From positions 4,648 through 68,647 of the forward strand of contig JAFSVX010000010.1 of the NCBI GenBank assembly GCA_017444785.1: 64,000 nt of DNA. The letters run 5' to 3'. The position numbers were made by a program, and so were the translations under genes. Within the stretch, counting starts at the first letter, position 1. Every line of letters starts with the position of its first letter. Below, piece after piece: positions 21,037-29,762 of this stretch. Under the pieces are notes generated by a model. That model worked only from the letters and a program-made list of their open reading frames with translations, ran no database searches and was not told the origin of the DNA. The DNA is from Clostridia bacterium (lineage in GTDB: Bacteria > Bacillota > Clostridia > Christensenellales > UBA1242).

Positions 21037-24000
21037 TTAACTATTCTTCACATATTTCTTATATCCAGCTTTGTCACTTTCTGATTGCAAAGTGAAACCA
21101 GTAATGCCATCAGGACAAATTGCATCTTCATTAACATAAATAACACTTGCCTTGCCTGTAAGGTGTCCAGAAGAATCTGGGACAGAAGCTATCTCATGAC
21201 CGATGAAAGTTACCGTAAGGTTAGAGCACTGATTAAATATATTAGCAAAATTGACTGAAATTCTATTTTTATTTTCTGGTAATATCACAGTAATTTCTTC
21301 TATATTAGGATCATTATAGAACATTCCACTGCCTAATTGAAGTACATTAGAACCATTAATGACTTCACCATTGATAACAACTTTGGTCAATAAACTATTC
21401 ATATGTGCATTCCATGAAACAAGGCTATCATAATTTTCTGATGCACCTGAAATTATAAATGTTGTCATGTTATACACATAAGTAAATGATTCTTGATTTA
21501 TTATTGCAATACTACCCGAAATTTCCACACTTACCAGCTTATCACATTGAAAGAAGGCACGAGTAGGAATTTCTACTCCATCTTTATTAATATTTAAGTT
21601 GATTACTGAACTTGATGTTGGTAAATACTCTTGTGACAAAATTGGTCCAGTAATATCTTTTAAAGCACTGAAGCTATTAAGTAAAGTATTTTGAATTACA
21701 CAATCGCCAGGTATTACGATTCCTTTTAATAAGGTAACATCTGATACTGATATACTTGTTATCTCTGTACATCCTTCAAAACTAAATGGATTTATAATAT
21801 CTGTACAATCATTATCAAAAGCATATACTGTTGCACTTGGATCCACAATACCATATGCAATTTTATAAGAACTATCACTACTTTTAAAATATTTTATGTT
21901 GTTTGATTCAATTTCACTCCAACTGTGGAATACATGTGAAAAATCATCACTTATGACAACCGCATATTTTGCAATATAGCCATTTTCAGAACTGCCCTTT
22001 TCCATTGTTATTGCTGACAAATTCACGATTTCAAGAATCATTTGTCCTTTAAATGCCTCAGATCCAATACTTGTCACTCCATTTGGTATTGCTATTGTCT
22101 TAAGACCAGTCCAATTTGGATCTTGCTGTTTTGCATAGTCTGTCAATTTAAACGCACCTGCACCAATGCTTGTCACACTGGATGGGATTGTGATACTTGT
22201 AAGCCTTGTGCAATTATAGAATGCAGAACTTCCAATACTTGTCACACTATCCGGGATTGTCACACTGGTAAGCCCACTGCAATCGTAGAATGCATGCTGA
22301 TTAATCTCTTTACATCTTGAATCCAATGTTATGTTTGCTATACCGCTATCTGCCAAACCAACAGCTATGTAATCCGTTTCACTCTCTTTGTAATATATCA
22401 CATTATTTATTGTTGTTAATCTGCTTGGAATATCTGCGCTTGTATTTATCACTTTTGCGCGATATCCTGCATATCCATTATCCGAACTTCCTGCCGTGAT
22501 TGTTAAACTTGATAAATTATATACTTCCACCAATCTGTAACAAGCATCAAATGCCCTCTCTCCAATGCTTGTCACACTGGCTGGAATTGTGATACTTGTA
22601 AGTCCTGTGCACTCATAGAATGCATCACTTCCAATGCGTGTAAGAGTGCTTGGCAATGTTACTGATCCTGTTATTCCTTGTGGCACTTGTATAATTGATG
22701 TCTTCGCTTTGTTATATAATATTCCATCTTGTGATGCATATACTGTGTTATTCTCATCAACTGTAAATTGGGTAAGTCCACTGCACTCATCAAATACTCT
22801 ATCACCAATTGTCTGCACTCCTGCACCAATCGTCACTGTTTCAAGAGACGAACATCTCATGATTGCCCTTGCTCCAATGCTTGTTATGTTGTCAGACAAT
22901 GTCACACTTGTAAGACCACTGTTGAAATAAAATGCCCAGTCTGGAATCTCTGTAATTCCATTTGGAAATGCAAGATTTGTTACCGCTGTGTTATTTATGT
23001 AAAGAGTCCAATCTGCCAAAATCCAATAATTACCAAAACTAATGTTTGTTAAGTAATCATTTAATGAGCCAGAATAATAAAGCGAAATTGCAGGGCCTGT
23101 ACCATCATCTTTTGTCCTGAATGCATTGTTTCCAATACTCTCAATTCCAGCCCCAAAATTAATTCTTGTTAATGTGCAATTATGGAATGCATCTTTACCT
23201 ATTGTTTCAACACTGTTTGGAATTGTTATGCTTGTCAATCCTGTGCAACTGTTGAATGCAGATTCACCAATGGTCACAAGGCTTGTTGGCAAAGAGATGT
23301 TGCTTAAACTTGTGCAACCATAAAATGCAACATAGCCAATGCTTGTTATACTGTTCGACCAAGTTACAGATTCAAGTTCAGAACATTGATAGAATAAATA
23401 AGATCCAATATTTGTTACTCCACTGCCAATTCTTACAGTTTCCAAATCAAAACATCTGTAAAATACAGTATTGCCAAGTGATGTCACACTGTCTGGAATA
23501 ACCACGTCAGTAAGTGATTCACAACGAGCAAATGCTGCCCCATCAATTGTCACAAGCCTATTTGGCAATATCAAATTTTCAAGGCCTGTACATCCTTCAA
23601 ATGCACTTGAATGAATTGTTGTCAAAGTGTCTGGCAATGTCAAAGTTGTAAGATTTGAACAGTTATAAAACGCCTTTTCACCGATTTCTGTCACACCTGA
23701 GCCCAATGTTACACTATAAAGACCAGTGCCGAAAAACGCACGCGATCCAATTGTAACATTGCCTGACGTGGTTACTTGTGCCAAACCACTAAAACCTTCA
23801 AATGCAGAACTACTGATATTTATATCACCGATAAGTTCAAGATTAACATCATAAATTTGAACACCACCAGTAACAAATGAACTTCTGTTTAAAGTCCCAT
23901 TACCAATTACAGAAACATTATTTACAAAGCAGGTGAGAGTGTTTGTATAAGACCAGGAACCATTATACGTAACAAGTGACATAATGAGTTTGTTAGGGTT

Positions 24001-25075
24001 ATATACCATTAATGCCGCTGTATTATAAATTTCAGTTACACTATCTGGCAAAACCAAGTCATTTTCAATCTTTGTATCATAAAATCCAACAGTTCTTAAA
24101 CTACTTGGTAAAGTAAGAGAATCACAATATAACGAATCACACTCCACTTGGTGACATGTATATAGTTCCCCATCCACAAATTGTCTTGGAACAACGATGT
24201 TCGTCTTAGCATTCGTTAAATAAACTAATTCACCTCCACATATAGTGTTATCTATAAGCTCTGGAGTTGCAGTTTTTGTGTAAAGATTATAAATTGCAAA
24301 ATTTTGATTTGATGCAACTGCACTTTGTGCAACTGGGGCAAGAGCCTCGCCATCTTCAATGCCTGTTAAAAGTATTTCCTCTTTAAAGTATCCACAACAT
24401 TCAGTATAAGGGAGAGGGGCATCTGAAAGATTAAATGTTGTGCTGTTTCCAAGACTTACCGATCTTGCAAGTACTCCATCTACATAAAAGTCTATGTAAT
24501 TTCCATAAAGCTGGGTATAGTTGTTCACAATGTTACATCCATCAACAACAAGTGTTCCACCATCTTCAACATAAACTGCTGTGGCTTCCTCACTGGCATT
24601 TCCTGTGATTGATCCACCAAGAAGATGGCAGGTTCCACCTGCCTCAACATAAATGGCACCTCCCCATTTTGCTTGGTTATAGGCAATAACTCCACCTGTC
24701 ATTGTGAATGTCCCACCATTGGCAACATAAATTGCTCCACCATACTCGGCAGAGTGTGACCTTATTGCACCTTGTGACATTGTAAAGCTACTGCCACTGC
24801 CAACATAGATTGATCCGGCCTTTGCTGTCAGTGGCGCCTGCGATGCACCACTATCTTCATTCTCTGAAGCATAATAAACACCAGGGATATCATATCTCTC
24901 TGGTGTTGTTTCTTCAACTTCCACTGGTGTGGAAGGTTTATTATTTCCTCTATTTACAAAGATTAACCCTATCGTAAGGGCAACGGCAAAGACCGCAAGT
25001 ATGATACTTGTTAAAAGTCTATACCCCCCCCCCCATGACGGTTTTGTTCTTATTTGACTTATTTGTCATTGCCAT
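21037..25075 (-). CDS. BspA-like leucine-rich-repeat surface protein with GGAIY beta-helix head; N-terminal signal-anchor exon out of frame at a poly-G tract
   Basis: ORF 21037-24924 (1295 aa): GGAIYV repeats, then many about 23-aa LRR_5-type repeats (IPxSVTSIGxxAFxxCxxLTS). RBS GGAGAGG plus ATG 25073-25075 encode MAMTNKSNKNKTVM. The main frame encodes YRLLTSIILAVFAVALTIGLIFV right after the tract. The two frames differ by 1 nt. Confidence 0.75.
25024..25034 (-). repeat. Homopolymeric G11 tract (C11 on plus strand) inside the 5' coding region
   Basis: Counted directly: C at 25024-25034. G10 would be in frame. Confidence 0.95.
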
Positions 25076-25167
25076 AATTTTATCCTCTCCTTCGTGTATT
25101 ATTTGGCTTTATTTTGCCTGTTTTTATCCGTTTTTATACACTTTTATTTTTTTATTGAACAATTATC

Positions 25168-25196
25168 ATTTTATACATTTATAAAAATCTTGTCAA
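25168..25196 (-). promoter_or_regulatory. Promoter of the 1295-aa LRR protein gene
   Basis: Reverse strand TTTGACAAG with TTGACA (25191-25196), 17 nt, TAAAAT (25168-25173). Confidence 0.6.
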
Positions 25197-25215
25197 ATGA
25201 TTTTTATCATTTTTT

Positions 25216-25740
25216 TTAATTTACTCCATAAAAAGATTTTATTTTTCGTAGCACTTCGCTGGCAATTTTAAGAACTGATTGATCATAAATGTCAATCACT
25301 ATGTCAGCATCAGTCAAAAGGTGATTATCTCTTCTTTGAATAGCATTTGGAGATGCATAGTAAAACGCTTTCAATATCTCATCTTTAAATTCCTTTTTGT
25401 TCATTGTCTGCAAAAAATCGCGTATATCCTGGCGAAGATATATAACCAAACAGTTTGTTTTAAGCTCCTTTAAGTTGCCACCAAACTCTGCTGCGCCACT
25501 CTCTATGTTTATCACACTGTTGGTAAATCCGGTAACATATTTGATTGTTCCCTTCTCTTTTTGCCTGAAATATCTTATACCAAACTGGCTCAACATTTCG
25601 CTTAATGTCCTTGGTTTGTTGTCAAATTCGAACAAATCAATAGTATCAAGAAAGTGCATCTCAAGTTGATTTGCAACCATTTTTGAAACTTCGTATGCAA
25701 CATCTCTGTCCAGCCCAATTATAGCAATGTTTTGAACCAT
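25216..25740 (-). CDS. Shikimate-kinase-like fold protein with degenerate P-loop
   Basis: 174 aa; layout IAIIGLDRDVAYEVSKMVA...FLDTIDLFE...FRQKEK resembles shikimate kinase, but G-x-x-G-x-GKS/T is replaced by GLDRDVAY; strong RBS. Confidence 0.35.
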   Translation of the reverse strand: MVQNIAIIGLDRDVAYEVSKMVANQLEMHFLDTIDLFEFDNKPRTLSEMLSQFGIRYFRQKEKGTIKYVTGFTNSVINIESGAAEFGGNLKELKTNCLVIYLRQDIRDFLQTMNKKEFKDEILKAFYYASPNAIQRRDNHLLTDADIVIDIYDQSVLKIASEVLRKIKSFYGVN

Positions 25741-25904
25741 ACCCCTTTCTCCTTTTTTCAGTGATATACTTGCTGAAATATCAATTTATAATTTTTACGT
25801 ATTGATTTGATTTCCTTATATTTTGCATGAAAATTTTGCTGTAATATGTTATTTTGCCTATAAACTAAATCACATATAAATTCATGCAAAACGAATACAA
25901 ACGT

Positions 25905-27239
25905 TTATTTGTATTTCTTCACCTTATTTACCACTCTTTTTGTCGTTGCATGCACATTTTTAGTAAATTTCACGCTGATAATAACCACTGTGACAACGAC
26001 AAAAATCCCAAGCGCAATCTCCCACCAATAAACAGTGATAGCGTTTCCTGAACCCGCCTGCGATGCATAGTATAACAAACTGCCGTCCTCAGAGTATCCA
26101 AAGACAATATCCCCCATTTTGTCAGTGCGAAGCAAATAGTCGTTCACATCATGTGAAAGATTTTCGAGCCTTTGAACAAAGGCCTCTGACGGATGCTTGT
26201 ATTTATTGTTAAGCCCACAACTTACAACAACATATGTTGGCTGAATAAGATTAAGGAACTCTTCAGAATTGCTTGTCTCGGCGCCATGATGTCCAGCCTG
26301 AAAAACATTAACTTTTTCAAATCTTGCTCTTTCAGATGCTGTCAAAGAATCTCTTACATCATCTTCCACAAGATTTGTTGCGTCACCGGTGAATAAAAAC
26401 GAATTTTCTTTATACTCAAGCAGCATCACGCCCGAGCAAGAATTTTTTGTTACACCTGATGCAACTTTATGACCTTCCCTGTCCTCGTCATAAATTTTGG
26501 TTGGATAGCCATATGTTTGTGTTGATTCATAATCAAAGGCCGTTGTTGAACGAATAAGAGGAGCAAAAAATTCAAACGTAAAGTTCACATCGGTATTGTT
26601 TGCTATGATTTTAAGTCCATCATATGAAACTGTTACCTTGGCCTGTTTTTCCACCCCATTTTCAGTATATTTCTCACCATAGGCGGCGGTTATGAAATTT
26701 CTGTAAACATTTGTTGTAACAAGACTGTATTTTTCTGATTCGTGCGAAGTGTAATAGCTTGCAAGTTTTTCGTCTGCGTAAGGAATTGTGCTGTTTGAAG
26801 CATCCATGGCAATTTCAAAAGGACGATAAATATTTTTTATTTCAAAAGCATCAAAAATCTTCTTTGCCCCACCACAATGATCGCTGTCGCTGTGTGTTAA
26901 AATAAAATAGTCAATCTGCGTTACCCCAAGAGCCGTCACATATTCAATAATGTGATCTGCCTTGCTTGAAAGTGATGCATCGATCATCATATTGGTTCCG
27001 TCTGGCAAACAAATAAATGTGCAATCCCCTTGCCCTACATCAAGATAATGAATCGTAAGGTCATCTTCAACAATCTGTGTTTTGTCCGCATATGATGATA
27101 TTTTTTCTTTATCGCCAATACCAAGCGCTGTTTCTATTTTTGCAGAGAAAAACAGAGAGGTGCCAAGTATCGCACCAAGCAAAACTATTAAAATAAGTTT
27201 AAAAGCAATGACTTTTTTATTTACAGTTTTCCTTCTCAT
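25905..27239 (-). CDS. Membrane-anchored MBL-fold hydrolase (ComEC C-terminal-domain-like)
   Basis: IHYLDVGQGDCTFI and ILTHSDSDHCGG metallo-beta-lactamase motifs; N- and C-terminal TM helices. Confidence 0.7.
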   Translation of the reverse strand: MRRKTVNKKVIAFKLILIVLLGAILGTSLFFSAKIETALGIGDKEKISSYADKTQIVEDDLTIHYLDVGQGDCTFICLPDGTNMMIDASLSSKADHIIEYVTALGVTQIDYFILTHSDSDHCGGAKKIFDAFEIKNIYRPFEIAMDASNSTIPYADEKLASYYTSHESEKYSLVTTNVYRNFITAAYGEKYTENGVEKQAKVTVSYDGLKIIANNTDVNFTFEFFAPLIRSTTAFDYESTQTYGYPTKIYDEDREGHKVASGVTKNSCSGVMLLEYKENSFLFTGDATNLVEDDVRDSLTASERARFEKVNVFQAGHHGAETSNSEEFLNLIQPTYVVVSCGLNNKYKHPSEAFVQRLENLSHDVNDYLLRTDKMGDIVFGYSEDGSLLYYASQAGSGNAITVYWWEIALGIFVVVTVVIISVKFTKNVHATTKRVVNKVKKYK

Positions 27240-27290
27240 TTATTAGTTCCTTTGTATCTTTTTATATTATTTATGTAAAAATTTTACAAT

Positions 27291-28202
27291 TTACTCATCA
27301 ACTTTATTTTTATGTTTTTTGTTTTTATAATTAAGTTTAAGCCTGCTGAGTTTACGTGAAAGCCTTGTTATTTTGAACGCTGGTCTTTCTGTCAGGTATC
27401 TTACGATCAAATCTTTTTGCGACATAACCGCATCATATCCTGCCTGAACCATAGCATCTATGTCGCCAATTTTGGATGAGCTGAACATCTCAAGCCCCGG
27501 CAAAATAAGCAGGTCTGCAAACTCCAATCGCTTTTGGACATTCGCTTGCATAACCATTCCAAGTGAAGCCCTGAGAACATCAAGGGTTTTCATAGACTCT
27601 ATGCCATGACCACGACCACGGTTGACATCAATCGCAAAGACAACATTTGCCCCCATATTTCTGACAACATCAGCAGGCACATTGTTTTTAAGCCCTCCAT
27701 CAACAAGGTGCATGTCCTCATATTCCACCGGCTTGAAAATCCCCGGCACAGCCGAACTTCCACTGCAAGCTTTTGCAACACTACCACCTTTGATTTCCAC
27801 CTCAATACCTTTGCGTATGTCCGTTGCAACGACCGTAAATGGAATCTTCAGCTCTGAAAACATCAAATCTTTTTGAAAGATTTTTTTAAGCATTGACTCT
27901 ATATTTTCTGAATCAGATGGACACCAAATAAAAAAGCTGTTTTTAATATCGCGCACACGAAGTTTTTTAACTTCCTCAAGCATCTGAGCACTTGTAAAGC
28001 CTGCCGCATAAAGAGCGCCAACAATACTGCCAGCACTTGTTCCTGCGGTAAAGTCCGGTTTCACTCCAAGTTCTTCAAAAGCTTTAATGACACCAATATG
28101 CCCAATGCCACGAAGTCCACCACCGCCAAAAGCCACGCCAAGCCGAACTTTTTTGTTTACTATAATTTTTCCACTACTGTCAAACTTTTTGCGCCCAAAC
28201 AA
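27291..28202 (-). CDS. Patatin-like phospholipase
   Basis: GGGGLRG oxyanion motif, GTSAG nucleophile, DGG. Preferred TTG start 28200-28202 has a GGAGAA RBS 7 nt upstream. The ORF-track start 28256 would overlap a TGtATAAT -10 box (28227-28234). Confidence 0.8.
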   Translation of the reverse strand: MFGRKKFDSSGKIIVNKKVRLGVAFGGGGLRGIGHIGVIKAFEELGVKPDFTAGTSAGSIVGALYAAGFTSAQMLEEVKKLRVRDIKNSFFIWCPSDSENIESMLKKIFQKDLMFSELKIPFTVVATDIRKGIEVEIKGGSVAKACSGSSAVPGIFKPVEYEDMHLVDGGLKNNVPADVVRNMGANVVFAIDVNRGRGHGIESMKTLDVLRASLGMVMQANVQKRLEFADLLILPGLEMFSSSKIGDIDAMVQAGYDAVMSQKDLIVRYLTERPAFKITRLSRKLSRLKLNYKNKKHKNKVDE

Positions 28203-28418
28203 TGCAATTTTCTCCTCTATATAATTATTATACAATAAAACTTCAACTAAAATCAAACCAAGTACACATTTTTAACAAATTGTATTAAAAATAATTTATT
28301 TATTCAATGAATATTCCAATTTTTTATAATATAACCAATGAAAAGTTTAAATGCACTACTAAATATTACTTATACCACTATTTTCAAGCCACATAAAAAA
28401 TTAAATATTTTATAAGAA

Positions 28419-28450
28419 CAAAAAAATCCAGGTAAATTATATTACCTGGA
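28419..28450 (-). terminator. Intrinsic terminator at the distal end of the rplQ downstream spacer
   Basis: Minus strand TCCAGGTAA-tataat-TTACCTGGA followed by T8. Confidence 0.6.
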
Positions 28451-28855
28451 ACAAAGGAAAGTGAGATATACGGCAACAACAACACTCCGCATATCTATAA
28501 GTATTATAACATGAATACTTAAATATTGCAATACCCTTTTTAAAATTTCTTTAATTTTTTTACAAATATTTCAGCCCGCTCGCTCACTCGCTGACCTACC
28601 CACCGCATCTTCAGTTATCTTTTTGTTTTATCCTTTAAAAAACCATTTATTATACGCAAAAATATCTGACTAACATTTTTATAATACTACCCAATTCAAA
28701 TAACATTGTTTAAAGACGAACTTATAGTGATAATTATTAAACAAAATCCGTATATGGTTAAATAAAAATGCAGAAGAAGGCATAAAACATATAAAATTTT
28801 ATTTATTCATATAACGTTGTTTAAAGGCGAAAATTGACGATTAGACAAGGCTCAT

Positions 28856-28904
28856 AAAAAAATCCAGGCACGACTTTATTTTCATAAATGAGTGTTTGGA
28901 TTTT
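28856..28904. repeat. Conserved-core hairpin module, copy A
   Basis: A-run, ATCCAGGCAC, core GACTTTATTTTCATAAATGA, GTGTTTGGAT, T-run; two G.U pairs on the plus strand. Confidence 0.8.
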
Positions 28905-29016
28905 GAATATGTTTATTCAAATAACGTTGTTTAAAGGCGAAAATTGTGCTGTTGACTTTTATATTTATTCATATAACGTTGTTTCAGGGTGCAAGTTTGC
29001 GTATATAACAAGGCAA

Positions 29017-29070
29017 CAAAAAATCGCGACGCTCGATTTTATTTTTCATAAATGAGTGTGTCGCGATTTC
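29017..29070. repeat. Conserved-core hairpin module, copy B
   Basis: ATCGCGACGC, core TCGATTTTATTTTTCATAAATGA, GTGTCGCGAT. Confidence 0.8.
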
Positions 29071-29120
29071 GTAGTTAACGCAGTTATTTAATTCACGATT
29101 TACTCAATTCAAATAACGTT

Positions 29121-29248
29121 GTTTAAAGGCGAAAATTGTGCCAATAACGAGGCACAAAAAAATTCCAACGCATGATTTTATTTTCATAAATGAGTGTGTT
29201 GGAATTTTTTTAGTAACATAGTTAGTGGTGCAATTTTCGCCTTTAAAC
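29121..29248. repeat. Complete nested palindrome unit abutting and overlapping the rplQ stop codon (contains hairpin copy C, 29156-29211)
   Basis: Outer arms GTTTAAAGGCGAAAATTGTGCC (29121-29142) and GGTGCAATTTTCGCCTTTAAAC (29227-29248): 22/22 pair on the plus strand with two G.U. Inner ATTCCAACGC/GTGTTGGAAT flanks the conserved core. Confidence 0.85.
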
Positions 29249-29752
29249 CAATTCGACAATAGCAAGTTGTGCATTATCCCCACGTCTTACAGAAGTCTTA
29301 ATAACGCGAGTATATCCACCAGCTGTGCCTTTTTCAGTTGCACGGTTTACATATTTTGGTGCAAGATCTTCAAACAATTTTACGATAAGTGGATATTTGA
29401 TATCCCCTTTTCTTGCCTTGAATGCAGCTTTTTTCTCGCCCTTAACACGTTGTTCTTGGCGATCTTCAAGCATACCAAGTAACTTTCTTCTTGCAGCAAG
29501 TTTTGCAGGACCATCTTTTGAAATTGTAACTTTCTTTTCTTTTCCGCTGGCATCTTTAGTAGCTTTTTCTTCAGTTACAACATCTTGATAGTTCTTCACA
29601 GCCAAAGTGATGCATTTTTCAGCATATCTTGCAGCTGCTTTTGCTCTGTCAAGAGTGGTTTCTATTCTGCCATACCAAAGTAAATCACTTGCAAGTCCGC
29701 TTACCAGTGCAAGTCTTTGGTCTGTTGGTTTACCTAATTTTTGTGTATTCAT
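29243..29752 (-). CDS. rplQ: 50S ribosomal protein L17 (169 aa, with internal/C-terminal expansion)
   Basis: QRLALVSGLASDLLWYGRIETTLDRAK... and GGYTRVIK; last gene of the alpha operon. Confidence 0.95.
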   Translation of the reverse strand: MNTQKLGKPTDQRLALVSGLASDLLWYGRIETTLDRAKAAARYAEKCITLAVKNYQDVVTEEKATKDASGKEKKVTISKDGPAKLAARRKLLGMLEDRQEQRVKGEKKAAFKARKGDIKYPLIVKLFEDLAPKYVNRATEKGTAGGYTRVIKTSVRRGDNAQLAIVELV

Positions 29753-29762
29753 AATATTCTCC

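Larger units (their letters stand above)
28695..29142 (+). repeat. Five direct copies of a roughly 30-nt box (TTCAWATAACGTTGTTTAAAGGCGAAAATTG)
   Basis: Copies start at 28695 (degenerate), 28806, 28916, 28968 (3' half diverged) and 29108; irregular spacing of 111/110/52/140 nt. Confidence 0.85.

Noticed and set aside
27291-28202. Patatin-like phospholipase as a CBASS (CapV-type) defence effector
   Set aside because: No cyclic-nucleotide synthase, Cap accessory genes or other defence genes are adjacent. The neighbours are a ComEC-like MBL hydrolase and housekeeping genes, so it looks like a housekeeping YlbK-like patatin.
28695-29248. Possible CRISPR array (direct repeats of about 30 nt with spacers)
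   Set aside because: Spacing is irregular (111/110/52/140 nt) and the repeats are degenerate. The supposed spacers contain their own homologous hairpin modules, and no cas genes or leader are present. Copies also occur singly after rplA and nusG.
29121-29248. Integron attC-like site (imperfect inverted repeats bracketing a variable region)
   Set aside because: No intI, no cassette ORFs and no GTTRRRY/RYYYAAC core pair. The location is at the 3' ends of core operons. Only the general folded single-strand analogy was kept as a hypothesis.
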